From positions 688,681 to 752,680 of the forward strand of contig CAVPOM010000018.1 of assembly GCA_963707025.1 (NCBI GenBank): a DNA stretch of 64,000 nt. Reading direction: 5' to 3'. The DNA is from an uncultured Verrucomicrobiae bacterium (GTDB taxonomy: Bacteria; Verrucomicrobiota; Verrucomicrobiia; Limisphaerales; Palsa-1400). Every line of letters starts with the position of its first letter. The first letter of the stretch is position 1. Under the pieces are notes generated by a model that saw only the letters and a list, made by a program, of their open reading frames with translations, did no database searches and was not told the origin of the DNA. This document shows, in pieces, positions 20,136-31,249 of the stretch. The position numbers and the translations under genes are program-made.

Positions 20136-20678
20136 TCAAAGATTGGATTTGAAGTGGTCGGAGTCGCGCTTGAAGAGGAGATTGAAGGTGGTCATCGAAC
20201 CGTGGCAACGGGAAATGTATTGCTGGAGTTCGACTTTTTCGGCATCGCTCAACTGGGGATGGCTGTTGATCTTTTGCTCCAGCACGCGGAAGTTGTTCCG
20301 CATCATGACGATTTTGTGGAAGAAGGCTTCCAGGGGAATCTCCTTGCTCTGCAAGGCGGGGTCGGTGGGACGCAGGATCATCAGGCCCCTGCCCCAGCGG
20401 GCGGCCAGTTGTTCGACCACCGCGTCGTCGCGCTCCAGCCCCATCTCCTTGACCAGGGCGCTGACGGTCTCGGCCACCAGGGCGGTGAGCGGGATGGCCA
20501 AACCGCTGACCTCAGCCAGGGCCTCGGCCGGTTGCAAATCGGATTGTTCGGGAGCCAGCGAGCGCACGCCGCTGTCGAAACGAATGTCGGCCAGATGTTC
20601 GGAAATGCTCTTGACTGTGCCGGTCCCCAGTTCGGGATGGCGCACCTTCATGCCGATGTGCATGGTTTGGAGTCTCAT
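20136..20678 (-). CDS. Conserved hypothetical protein
   Basis: Protein-like ORF (MKVRHPELGTG; FFHKIVMMRNNFRVLEQKIN). Confidence 0.75.
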   Translation of the reverse strand: MRLQTMHIGMKVRHPELGTGTVKSISEHLADIRFDSGVRSLAPEQSDLQPAEALAEVSGLAIPLTALVAETVSALVKEMGLERDDAVVEQLAARWGRGLMILRPTDPALQSKEIPLEAFFHKIVMMRNNFRVLEQKINSHPQLSDAEKVELQQYISRCHGSMTTFNLLFKRDSDHFKSNL

Positions 20679-20714
20679 GGCCGGTTATATTATGGTGGGA
20701 GGGCCGCGGCGGGG

Positions 20715-20987
20715 TTAATTCTCCCTGGCTCCGTCCTGCCAGCGCAGCCCGAGGGAATGGGCGATGTCTTCAAATTCCTCGCGGCTGACGTCTTCCAGAC
20801 GCTTGCCTTTGGCGGCGAGTTTTTCGTTTATCTTAATGGCCTTTTCCGTCATGGCCTGATGGGTTTCCTCCGTGCCGCCGATGAGGGCGAAATTGCAGCC
20901 GGTGGTCAGTCGTTTGTGGCCGTCGGAATCCACGCCGATGCCCAGCAGAAGGGCGGTCTTTTTCTTTTTTTTCGGCGCGTTCCCCAT
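20715..20987 (-). CDS. Small conserved hypothetical protein
   Basis: LLGIGVDSDGHKRLTTG.NFALIGGTEETH; co-oriented with neighbour. Confidence 0.7.
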   Translation of the reverse strand: MGNAPKKKKKTALLLGIGVDSDGHKRLTTGCNFALIGGTEETHQAMTEKAIKINEKLAAKGKRLEDVSREEFEDIAHSLGLRWQDGAREN

Positions 20988-21264
20988 CGGGGCAAGGTAG
21001 GCCGGTTGGGCGGTGGTGCCAAGTGGAAAAATCGTCAGGCAAGGGAGGGTGCCTTCCAGATTTTTGGGCTCCCCTCTTAATCTTGCTCCTAATCTTAATC
21101 TTAATTGCATCGCCCTGCCGCATTCGGAGTCAATTTAAACCGTCAACCGGAATTTGTGAAGCAGCACCGCAAGATATGGTGTGTTTTTTACGCATCCCTA
21201 TGGGTAGCGCCCGCGTCTATATTACATTATGTTAGCATGCGGCCAGAGCAGCCGCGGCCACGCG

Positions 21265-22851
21265 ATGAAAACGTTCTTGATTTTAGGCGGCCTGGTCCTG
21301 GCGGCGTTCCGCGCAGATGCCGCCGCGGGACGGCAGGCGGGCGTTTTTGAAAGCAACGCCGCCCTGACGCCGCAAAACCCGGTGGACGAACTGGTGTTCG
21401 CGCGGTTGAAACAGTTGAACCTTCCGCCGGCCCGCCTCTGCTCGGACGCCGTCTTTGTCCGCCGGGTCTATTTGGACGTGATCGGCACTCTGCCCAAAGC
21501 TTCGGAGGCCGAACAGTTCCTGGTCAACCGTGATCCGAACAAACGCCGCGTCTTGATTGACCGCCTGCTGGAGCGGGACGAATTTGCCGATTACTGGGCC
21601 ATGAAGTGGAGCGACCTGCTGCGGGTCAAGGCGGAGTTCCCCATCAATTTGTGGCCCAATGCCGCCCAGGCCTATCACCGCTGGATTCGCACCAGCATCC
21701 AGGACAACCTGCCCTACGATCAGTTCGTCCGCCAAATGCTCACGTCCAGCGGCAGCAATTTCCGCGTGCCGCCGGTCAACTTCTACCGGGCCATGCAAAG
21801 CAAGGAGCCGCCGGCCATCGCCCGAGCCGTCGCCTTGACCTTCATGGGAACGCGGGCGGAAAAGTGGCCCACCAACCAGTTGGCCGGCATGGCCGCCTTT
21901 TTCTCCGCCATCGGCTACAAGTACACTGCGGAGTGGAAGGAGGAGATCGTCATGTTCGATCTGGCCAAGACCAACGCAACCTGCCTGGCCCAAAACGGCG
22001 CGTTTTCCCGGACGGAACCCCGGCCTCCTTGTCGCCGGATCGGGATCCGCGCGAGGTGTTCGCCGACTGGCTGATTGACTCCGAAGAACCCCTGGTTCAC
22101 GCGCAAAACATCGCCAACCGCGTCTGGTCCTGGCTGCTGGGCCGCGGCATCATTCAGGAGCCGGACGACATCCGGCCCGACAATCCGCCCTCCAATCCCG
22201 AACTGCTGGCCTTGTTGGAAAAGGACTTGATCGCCTCCCATTACGACCTCAAGCATCTCTTCCGCCTGATCCTGAACTCGAAAACCTACCAGCTCTCCGC
22301 GCTGGCCAGCGCCGGACAATGCCGAAGGCGCGGCCAACTTCGCGCTTCTATCCATTGCGCCGCCTGGAAGCGGAGGTTCTGATTGACGCTCTGGACCAGA
22401 TCACCGGGGGGACCGAGAGCTATTCCAGCGCCATCCCGGAGCCGTTCACTTTCATTCCCGGCGAACATCCGCTCCATCGCGCTTGGAGGATGGCAGCATC
22501 AGCAGTTCCTTCCTCGATATGTTCGGCCGTTCGCCGCGCGATACCGGCCTGGAAGTCGGAGCGCAACAACCGCCCCACCGCCGAGCAGCGCCTGCATCTG
22601 CTGAATTCCAGCCACATCCAGCGCAAGATCGAACAGAGCCGGCATGATCCCAGATCCTGGTGCAGTCCGCCAAATCCCCGCGCGACATTGCCGCCGCGCA
22701 TGTATCTGGGCATTCTTTCCCGTTTCCCATCGGCAGAGGAGGTGAACATTGCGGAAACTTATTTCCAGTCCGGCAACGTCAACCGGCGTCAAGCCGCGGT
22801 GGACCTGGCCTGGGCCTTGATCAACAGCGCGAGTTTCTTTACCGGCATTGA
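21265..22851 (+). CDS. DUF1549/DUF1553 (PSD1-type) protein, multiply frameshifted in this sequence
   Basis: FVRRVYLDVIGTLP, NRVWSWLLGRGII, PPSNPELL, RRLEAEVLID, DLAWALINS...EFLYRH pieces in alternating frames. Confidence 0.82.
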
Positions 22852-22905
22852 GCAGAAACTCCATCGCGGCCCCGGCCCAATGAAAATGAAAGGCAAAGTG
22901 AAAAT

Positions 22906-24314
22906 ATGAATATGCAAACCAGCGCGGCGGACGGCCCCTTCAAACCGTATTCGGACCACCTGATTTCGCGCATGCGCGACAGCGCCATTTCCCGGCGCGA
23001 GGCGGTGCGTCGCGCCCTGCTCGGCGCGGGCGGCTTGATGCTGGGGCATCACTTGAGTCTGCGCGCCCTGGCCGCCGCGCCTTCCGCCCAAGCCAAGGCC
23101 AAGTCGGTCATCCAAATCTGGATGTGGGGCGGCCCGGCGCACCTGGACACCTTTGATCCCGAAACCGGAAGCCGGCTACGACTACTGCGGCCCGCTGGAC
23201 AAGCCCATCGCCACCAACGTGGACGGCATCAGGATCTGCGAACTGCATGCCGCTGCTGGCCAAGCAGGCCGACAAGTATTCCATCATCCGCAGCATGACC
23301 CACGGCGTCAACGGCCACGAAACGGCCTCCTACATGGTGCAGACGGCCCGCGCGGCAGGCGGGCGCGATGTCTATCCCTGCGTCGGCGCCGTCGTTTCGC
23401 TCTTCAAGGGCTACAATGCCGGACTATCGCGGATTGATTCCGCCTTACATCGTGCTGACCGAGCCGCAGGGACGCTTTTCCGAGGCCGGCTTCCTGGGTT
23501 CGCGCTATAAGCCCTTCGCCACGGGCGGCGATCCTGCCAGAACGCCCGTTCGCCGTGGAAGGCGTGGTCAGCCAAGGCATCTCCGAGCCAGCGCCAGCGC
23601 GAGCCGGCGCGAGTTGCTGCACAAGCTGGACACGCTGGCCCACGTCCTGCCCGGCAACGCCGAACTGGCCGCCTCCGCCCAATGTGAGAAGCAGGCTTAC
23701 GACCTGATCCTGGGCGATGCCGGCAAGGTGTTCGATCTGTCGCAGGAGAAGGACGAATTGCGCGACCGTTACGGCCGCAACACTTTCGGCCAATCCTGCC
23801 TGGTGGCGCGCCGGCTGGTCGAACGCGGCGTTCCTTACATCACCATCAACTACAAAGGCGGCTGGGACACGCACAAGCAGCAATTTCCAGACCATGCGCC
23901 GACGCGTGCCGGAAATGGACAAAGGCATGGCCGCGCTCCTCCAGGATTTGGCCGACCACGGCCTGTTGGACAAGCACCATCGTCTGGTGGGGCGGCGAGT
24001 TCGGCCGCACACCCAAAGTCATGTGGGAAGCGCCCTGGAACGGCGGGCGCGGCCATCATGGCGAGGTCTTCTCCGCCGTGGTCGCCGGCGGCGGATTCAA
24101 GGGCGGCCAGGTGGTCGGCGCTTCGGATGCCAAAGGCGAAGCAGGTCAAGGAGCGGCCGGTCTATCCCTGCGACCTGCATTGGCAGCATGTATGAACTGC
24201 TCGGCATTGATCCCCAACGCCAAACTGCCCCATCCCCAGGGTTTGGATGTACGCGTCACCCCCTCCGCCGCCGATGGCCTGGCCAGCGGCGGACTCTTGA
24301 AAGAAATCATGTGA
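22906..24314 (+). CDS. DUF1501-family protein with Tat-like signal, multiply frameshifted
   Basis: [48 protein letters not shown] pieces in alternating frames. Confidence 0.82.
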
Positions 24315-24337
24315 GCCATTCGTGGGCGATCAGGCGA

Positions 24338-26860
24338 ATGAAGAACCTGTTTCAAATAAGGCCACGATCTTGGGTGGTAGGGCGCGCACTCCGTGCGCGC
24401 CGCGGCGGGCAGCGGAGTGCCCGCCCTGCCTTCAACGCCCTGCGCAAAACTCTTAATCTTAATCCTAATCTTAATCTTAATCTCCACAGTGTCCGCCCAG
24501 TGTTTCCCCAACCACCCCACGCCATTCCGTCCCTCTTGCGAACACATTTCATCTTGACTCTCGCCGGCCTCCTGTCCCTCGCCCCAGCCCTGCGCGCCCA
24601 GCAGCAATTCACCCCGCATCCGGCTATGTCTTTCCCGCCGGCGGCCGCCAGGGCGCTTCCTTCGAGGTCAAGGTGGGAGGGCAATATCTGGGCAGCGTCA
24701 CTAACGCCTACGTTTCCGGCTCCGGCGTTCAGGCGGTGGTCAGCGAATACATCCGGCCCCTCACCCAGCAGCAGATCAACCAATTGCGCATGCAGCAGAA
24801 GGAGCTTCAGGACAAACGCGCCGCCGCCCAACCGGCCCGGAACGGCGCCCCGGCCGTCGCGGGGCAACCCCGCCCCACTTGGACCGCGGAGGATGCCAGG
24901 TTGATCGCCGAAATCCGCGAGAAACTCGCCCAGTTCCAAAAAAGAATGGCCAATCCCGTCATTGGCGAAACCGTCACCCTCAAAATCACCATCGCTCCCG
25001 ACGCCGAGCCGGGCGAACGCGAGCTTCGCCTCGGCGCGCCCATGTCCTTGTCCCAGCCGCTGGTCTTTTGCGTCGGCCAACTGCCCGAAGTCAACAAGCC
25101 CGATCCGCCCGTTGGCGCCCCGCTCCCAGGCCCCAACCGCGCCGGAAATCCCAATGCCCAGCGGGCCGCCGCACCCGTGGAACCGCATATCGTTCTGCCC
25201 TGCGTGGTCAATGGCCAGATTCTCCCCGGCGGCGTGGACCGTTACCGCCTCGATGCCGGCAAAGGCCAGAAGCTGGTCATCGCCGCCACCGCCCGCGAAC
25301 TGATGCCCTATCTGGCCGACGCTGTGCCCGGCTGGTTCCAAGCCGCCATCTCCCTTTACGACTCGCAGGGACATGAACTGGCCTACGCCGACCACTTCCG
25401 TTTCCATCCCGACCCGGTTCTGTTCTATGAAGTCCCCAGGGACGGCGAATACGTTCTCCAGATCAGGGATTCCATTTACCGTGGCCGCGAGGATTTTGTC
25501 TATCGCATCACCGCCGGCGAAGTGCCCTTCCTCACCGGCATCTTCCCGCTCGGCGGCCCGGCGGGCGCTCAAACTGCCGTCCAGGTGGCCGGCTGGAATC
25601 TGCCCGCCGCTAGCGTCACCCAGGATGACCGGGCCGTTGCGCCGGGCACTTACCCGCTTTCCGTGCATTCGGAGACCAATGTTTCCAACCACCTCCCCTT
25701 TGCCGTGGACACCTTGCCGGAAATTTTTTCTCGGGAAGGAAACCATTCCCAGGCCACCGCCCAACCGGTCACCCTTCCCGTCATCGTCAACGGGCGCATT
25801 GAAAAACCGGGCCAGTGGGACGTCTTCCGCTTCCGAGGGCCGCGCCGGCGATGAAATCGTCGCCGAAACCATCGCCCGCCGGCTCGATTCCCCGCTGGAT
25901 TCGGTCATCCGACTGACCGATGCCGCCGGCAAACAACTGGCCTTCAACGACGACTTTGAGGACAAGGGTGCCGGCCTGCAAACCCAGTACGCCGATTCCT
26001 ATTTCCGCGTCAAGCTGCCCGCCGCCGGCACCTACTACCTCTATGTGGGCGACGCCCAGCATCAGGCCGGCCCGGAATACGCCTACCGCCTGCGCCTCAG
26101 CCCGCCCCGGCCTGATTTCGAGTTGCGCGTCGTGCCTTCGAGCCTGACGGTGCGCGCCGGCATGTCCGTGCCCTTGACAGTCTATGCCCTGCGCCGGGAT
26201 GGCTTTTCCAACGAGATCACCCTGGCTTTGAAAGGTGCCCCTCCCGGATTCGCCCTGAGCGGCAGCACCGTCCCGGCCAATCAAGACCAGGTGCGGCTGA
26301 CCCTGACCGCTCCGCCCCAGTCCGCCGACAGCCCCATCAACCTCACCGTGGAAGGCTTCGCCCGGATTCAGGATCAGCCGGTCATCCATCCGGCGGTCCC
26401 GGCGGAAAACATGATGCAAGCCTTTGCCTACTGGCATCTTGTTCCGGCGAAGGACCTGGAAGTTTCCCTTTCCAATCGCGGCCAGTTCCGGTTCCCCCTG
26501 AAACTCATTGATCCCGCCTCCGTAAGAATCCCCGCCGGCGGAAGCGCCGGAGTAAAAGTGCGGACCCCCGGCGTGCAATTCACCAACAATTTCCAACTCG
26601 AACTAAGCGATCCTCCCGACGGCATTTCCATTGCAAACATCTCCGCCATCGGCACCGAAACCGAAATCACCCTCCACAGCGACGCGAAAAAGATCAAACC
26701 CGGCGTCAAAGGCAATCTGATAGTCAACGTCCTGGCCAAGCGCCCGCAGCAGCCCGCCCGAGCCGGCGCTCCGGCCCGTGGCAACCAGTCCCCACCGCCC
26801 CTCGGCGTCCTCCCCGCCATCCCCTTCGAAATCGTCTCCCCTGAGCTTTTGGCCAAGTGA
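24338..26860 (+). CDS. Secreted pre-peptidase C-terminal (PPC)-repeat protein, frameshifted at ~24620 and ~25833
   Basis: GYVFPAGG.QG, VNGQILPGGVDRY, ARRLDSPLDSV, NDDFED; typical partner of DUF1501/DUF1553; start uncertain. Confidence 0.7.
24377..24483. repeat. GTAG-type REP pair followed by (CTTAAT)n hexamer run
   Basis: GTAGGGCGCGCACTCCGTGCGCGCC + CGGCGGGCAGCGGAGTGCCCGCCCTGCC; hexamer runs also at 21078-21105, 9072-9101 and 9956-9973. Confidence 0.8.
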
Positions 26861-27902
26861 CGTAGAAAATGACAATACCATTAACTGACCCCGCCCTAAT
26901 GGGTGACCCCTTTACTACCGAAAGCTTATGCCACAGACCTCATTGGAGAATTTTAATATGAATGACCAAAAACACAAAATCGTTGCGCTGGAAACCGTCC
27001 CCTTGGATCAAGCATTTCCAAACGAGGCACAGGACTTGACTCCATGGTTGGAGGAAAATATCGAAGCTCTTGGAGAACGTCTTGGCTTGAAACTCTCAAT
27101 TGAGCAAAGAGAAAAGTCCGTCGGCGATTTCCGCGTGGATTTACTTTGCCAGGACGGTGACGGGCAAAAAGTCATCATTGAAAATCAAGTGGAGGAAACG
27201 GATCACGACCACCTAGGCAAGTTGCTCACCTACCTGGTAAATCTTGAAGCGAAAATAGCGATTTGGGTCACAAGTGATCCAAGAACGGAGCACCAACGGG
27301 TCATCGAATGGTTGAACGAGGCTTCGCCGAATGACACCGCCTTTTACTTAGTGAAGGTAGAAGCCATAAAAAGTGGTGAAAATACCATCTCTCCACTTTT
27401 TAGCGTGCTCGCAAAGCCCGATAAACAGATTAAGGAAATTGGCGAAGTTAAAAAAGAATGGGCCGAGCGGCATTTCAAGAGGTTGGAGTTTTGGAAAAGT
27501 TTGCTGGAGCGTAGCAAAGATAAAACGCCTCTTTTCGCGAACATTTCACCCGGGAAAGAGCATTGGATAGCAACGGGAGCGGGCAAAGCAGGAGTTGTGT
27601 TTTCGTACGCTATCCTCATGGACAGCGGGACGGCAGAACTTTATATTGACCACGATCACGATACTTGAGGTGGACCCCATCCTTTAGACCACGGAGCGCA
27701 TGAAATAAGCGCGACTTTTGCCGATTGCTGTCATTACTAATTGTAGTTGACTACTGTTCATTCCGTGTTTCAAAACCCTTTCGAAAGAGAGAACGAGCGA
27801 TGCGGAGCACTGCCCGTCCTCCCTCTCCGTTTTCTTAGGGTTCTCAACTCTACCGCCGCAGGCGGTCTGATTTCAAGCCTTTTCCTGCCGCCTGCCTCTC
27901 TG

Positions 27903-28757
27903 TCAAGTGCTGCGATCGCTCCTGCCTCTGGCAGGTTGCATCGCTTCCCATTTGGCCGGTTGGGCTCCATGCGTGCCGGGATCAAAATACGCGTCCGCCG
28001 GCGTCGCATAGCCCAACGCCTGGTGCGGTCGTTCCCGGTTGTAGCCGTCAAACCACCGGCCCAGTCCGCGCCCTGCCGCCAACCCGTCGCCATAGTCTTG
28101 CAAATAAATGTCCTCATACTTGGCGCTCCGCCACAGCCGCTCGATAAACCGGTTGTCCATCCAGCGACCCCGTCCGTCCATGCTCACGTCCACCCCCGCC
28201 GATTCCACCGCATCGATAAACATCGGGGAGGTGAACTGCGATCCCTGGTCGGTATTGGAAATCAACGGCGCCTGACGCCCCGCCCGCAACGCCGCCTCCC
28301 AAGCGTCCACACAAAAGTCCGCCTCCAACGTGTTGCTCAAGCGCCATCCCAGCACGTAACGACTCCACCAATCCATCACCGCCACCAAATACATAAACCC
28401 AGTTGCCATAGGCACATACGTAATGTCCGAACACCAAACCTGATCCGGTCCCGTCACTGCCAAATTGCGTAACAGATACGGATAAATCTGGTGCCCCATC
28501 TCCCGCAGACTCGTCTTGGGCTTGGCGTAAATCGCCTCGATCCCCATCAACCGCAGCAGCCGCACCACCCGTTTGCGATTGATGGTCAAACCCTCCCGGC
28601 GCAACAGCACGGTCAGTTTGCGGCTGCCATAAACCGGGTGGTCCAAATGCATCTGGTCCAACCGCCGCATCAGCGCCAGGTTCTCCTCTGTCTCCGGACA
28701 GCACTGGTAATAATAACTGCCACGGCACACCGCCAGCAGCTCGCACTGGCGCCGCAC
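27903..28757 (-). CDS. IS3 transposase OrfB (DDE integrase core), probably expressed by -1 frameshift
   Basis: WCSDITY, NTDQGSQF, DNRFIERLWRSAKYE, YNRERPHQAL. Confidence 0.92.
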   Translation of the reverse strand: MRRQCELLAVCRGSYYYQCCPETEENLALMRRLDQMHLDHPVYGSRKLTVLLRREGLTINRKRVVRLLRLMGIEAIYAKPKTSLREMGHQIYPYLLRNLAVTGPDQVWCSDITYVPMATGFMYLVAVMDWWSRYVLGWRLSNTLEADFCVDAWEAALRAGRQAPLISNTDQGSQFTSPMFIDAVESAGVDVSMDGRGRWMDNRFIERLWRSAKYEDIYLQDYGDGLAAGRGLGRWFDGYNRERPHQALGYATPADAYFDPGTHGAQPAKWEAMQPARGRSDRST

Positions 28758-28789
28758 GCTGAGCTGCGGATCGGGAGCGATTAAACATG

Positions 28790-29080
28790 TTAAAGCCCCA
28801 GTTGCCTGGACTTTTTTTTAAGCCAGTCCAAGTCCACCGTCAGTTGGCCAATCTTCTCATGCAGTTGGGCAATCAACTGTTCCTGATCCTCCGTGCGGGG
28901 TTGCCCGGGCTCAAACAATTCGGGCATGTGATCCCGAATCGTCGCCCGCCACTGCGTGACCTGCGCCGGATGCACCGCATACTCTCGCGCCAATTGCGCG
29001 ACCGTCTTCAGCCCCACCAGGGCTTCGAATCCCACTTTGGCCTTGAAGGCCGCACTGTGTCTTTTCCGTTTTGCTTTCAT
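28790..29080 (-). CDS. IS3 transposase OrfA (HTH)
   Basis: HSAAFKAKV...LAREYAVHPAQVTQW; ends near WLKKK frameshift motif. Confidence 0.92.
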   Translation of the reverse strand: MKAKRKRHSAAFKAKVGFEALVGLKTVAQLAREYAVHPAQVTQWRATIRDHMPELFEPGQPRTEDQEQLIAQLHEKIGQLTVDLDWLKKKSRQLGL

Positions 29081-30079
29081 AAGTCTGCTCTTTCTTATCT
29101 ACAGCAAACCGGCAAAAATCGAAACTTACCTGTGGTCTAAAAATAGGGGTCCAGCTCAACTGGCCGAGGCAATAAAGTCATATTCGATGCACTTTTCAAG
29201 GAAAAGGCAGAGATTGAGGAAGAAGTCGGTGGTCAGTTGGAATGGGAAAGGCTTGACGACAAACGAGCCTCACGCATCCGACGGCGTTTCACGAATGGTG
29301 GATTGTCCACAACCGATTCATGGCCCGCGCTCCAAGATAACATGATTGACGCGATGGTTCGCTTAAACAAAGCGCTCCGCCCCCGACTTGCAAAGATTGA
29401 AATCTAATAACTCGAGAAAGGGGTTAGGTTTCATGAACATTGACATTTTCCCATGTTATCCAAATAGGGTCGCCTTCATAAAAACGCAATCGGCACATTG
29501 AGGTTTTGCCGATTGTCCGGAGATCGAAGGCATACTGAAAAACTTTCGGATTTGCCCCCTCATAAATCTCCGGGATTTTAGCCTTGCGAATTGCTTCGAG
29601 GCATCTTGCTTTCCAATCATCGTCGCCGCGCATTTGTTCCCAAAAAATGCCGGAAATGTCACCCAATAATTTGCATTTGCCTTCCACAGCCTGAGGTGGA
29701 CCCCATCCTTTAGACCACGGAGCGCATGAAATAAGCGCGACTTTTGCCGATTGCTGTCATTACTAATTGTAGTTGACTACTGTTCATTCCGTGTTTCAAA
29801 ACCCTTTCGAAAAGAGAGAACGAGCGATGCGGAGCACTGCCCGTCCTCCCTCTCCGTTTTCTTAGGGTTCTCAACTCTACCGCCGCAGGCGGTCTGATTT
29901 CAAGCCTTTTCCTGCCGCCTGCCTCTCTGTCAAGTGCTGCGATCGCTCCTGCCTCTGGCAGGTTGCATCGCTTCCCATTTGGCCGGTTGGGCTCCATGCG
30001 TGCCGGGATCAAAATACGCGTCCGCCGGCGTCGCATAGCCCAACGCCTGGTGCGGTCGTTCCCGGTTGTAGCCGTCAAA

Positions 30080-30784
30080 CTACCGGCCCAGTCCGCGCCC
30101 TGCCGCCAACCCGTCGCCATAGTCTTGCAAATAAATGTCCTCATACTTGGCGCTCCGCCACAGCCGCTCGATAAACCGGTTGTCCATCCAGCGACCCCGT
30201 CCGTCCATGCTCACGTCCACCCCCGCCGATTCCACCGCATCGATAAACATCGGGGAGGTGAACTGCGATCCCTGGTCGGTATTGGAAATCAACGGCGCCT
30301 GACGCCCCGCCCGCAACGCCGCCTCCCAAGCGTCCACACAAAAGTCCGCCTCCAACGTGTTGCTCAAGCGCCATCCCAGCACGTAACGACTCCACCAATC
30401 CATCACCGCCACCAAATACATAAACCCAGTTGCCATAGGCACATACGTAATGTCCGAACACCAAACCTGATCCGGTCCCGTCACTGCCAAATTGCGTAAC
30501 AGATACGGATAAATCTGGTGCCCCATCTCCCGCAGACTCGTCTTGGGCTTGGCGTAAATCGCCTCGATCCCCATCAACCGCAGCAGCCGCACCACCCGTT
30601 TGCGATTGATGGTCAAACCCTCCCGGCGCAACAGCACGGTCAGTTTGCGGCTGCCATAAACCGGGTGGTCCAAATGCATCTGGTCCAACCGCCGCATCAG
30701 CGCCAGGTTCTCCTCTGTCTCCGGACAGCACTGGTAATAATAACTGCCACGGCACACCGCCAGCAGCTCGCACTGGCGCCGCAC
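30080..30784 (-). pseudogene. IS3 OrfB with premature stop
   Basis: TGG to TAG at 30080-30082 removes the last 50 aa relative to copy 1. Confidence 0.8.
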
Positions 30785-30816
30785 GCTGAGCTGCGGATCG
30801 GGAGCGATTAAACATG

Positions 30817-31107
30817 TTAAAGCCCCAGTTGCCTGGACTTTTTTTTAAGCCAGTCCAAGTCCACCGTCAGTTGGCCAATCTTCTCATGCAGTTGGGCAAT
30901 CAACTGTTCCTGATCCTCCGTGCGGGGTTGCCCGGGCTCAAACAATTCGGGCATGTGATCCCGAATCGTCGCCCGCCACTGCGTGACCTGCGCCGGATGC
31001 ACCGCATACTCTCGCGCCAATTGCGCGACCGTCTTCAGCCCCACCAGGGCTTCGAATCCCACTTTGGCCTTGAAGGCCGCACTGTGTCTTTTCCGTTTTG
31101 CTTTCAT
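30817..31107 (-). CDS. IS3 transposase OrfA
   Basis: Identical translation to 28790-29080. Confidence 0.92.
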   Translation of the reverse strand: MKAKRKRHSAAFKAKVGFEALVGLKTVAQLAREYAVHPAQVTQWRATIRDHMPELFEPGQPRTEDQEQLIAQLHEKIGQLTVDLDWLKKKSRQLGL

Positions 31108-31249
31108 AAGTCTGCTCTTTCTTATCTACAGCAAACCGGCAAAAATCGAAACTTACCTGTGGTCTAAAAATAGGGGTCCAGCTCAGCCATCCCACAGGAA
31201 ATTGGAAAAAAGTGTTGGCTTGACCATTTGAACCTGCCACAAGGCAGGC

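Larger units (their letters stand above)
27666..29158 (-). mobile_element. IS3-family element, copy 1 (1493 bp)
   Basis: TG...CA ends with imperfect ~27-bp IRs, 3-bp target duplication ACT, orfA/orfB with A8G slippery site. Confidence 0.95.
26928..29407 (+). pseudogene. DUF4268-domain protein with N-terminal NucS-like endonuclease, interrupted by IS3
   Basis: RVDLLC...VIIENQ...DHDHLGKLLTY; frame resumes after the IS (GRGNKVIFDAL...LEWERLDDKRASRI) to TAA at 29407. Confidence 0.85.
29692..31185 (-). mobile_element. IS3-family element, copy 2 (1494 bp)
   Basis: Near-identical to copy 1; 3-bp TSD GCC. Confidence 0.95.
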
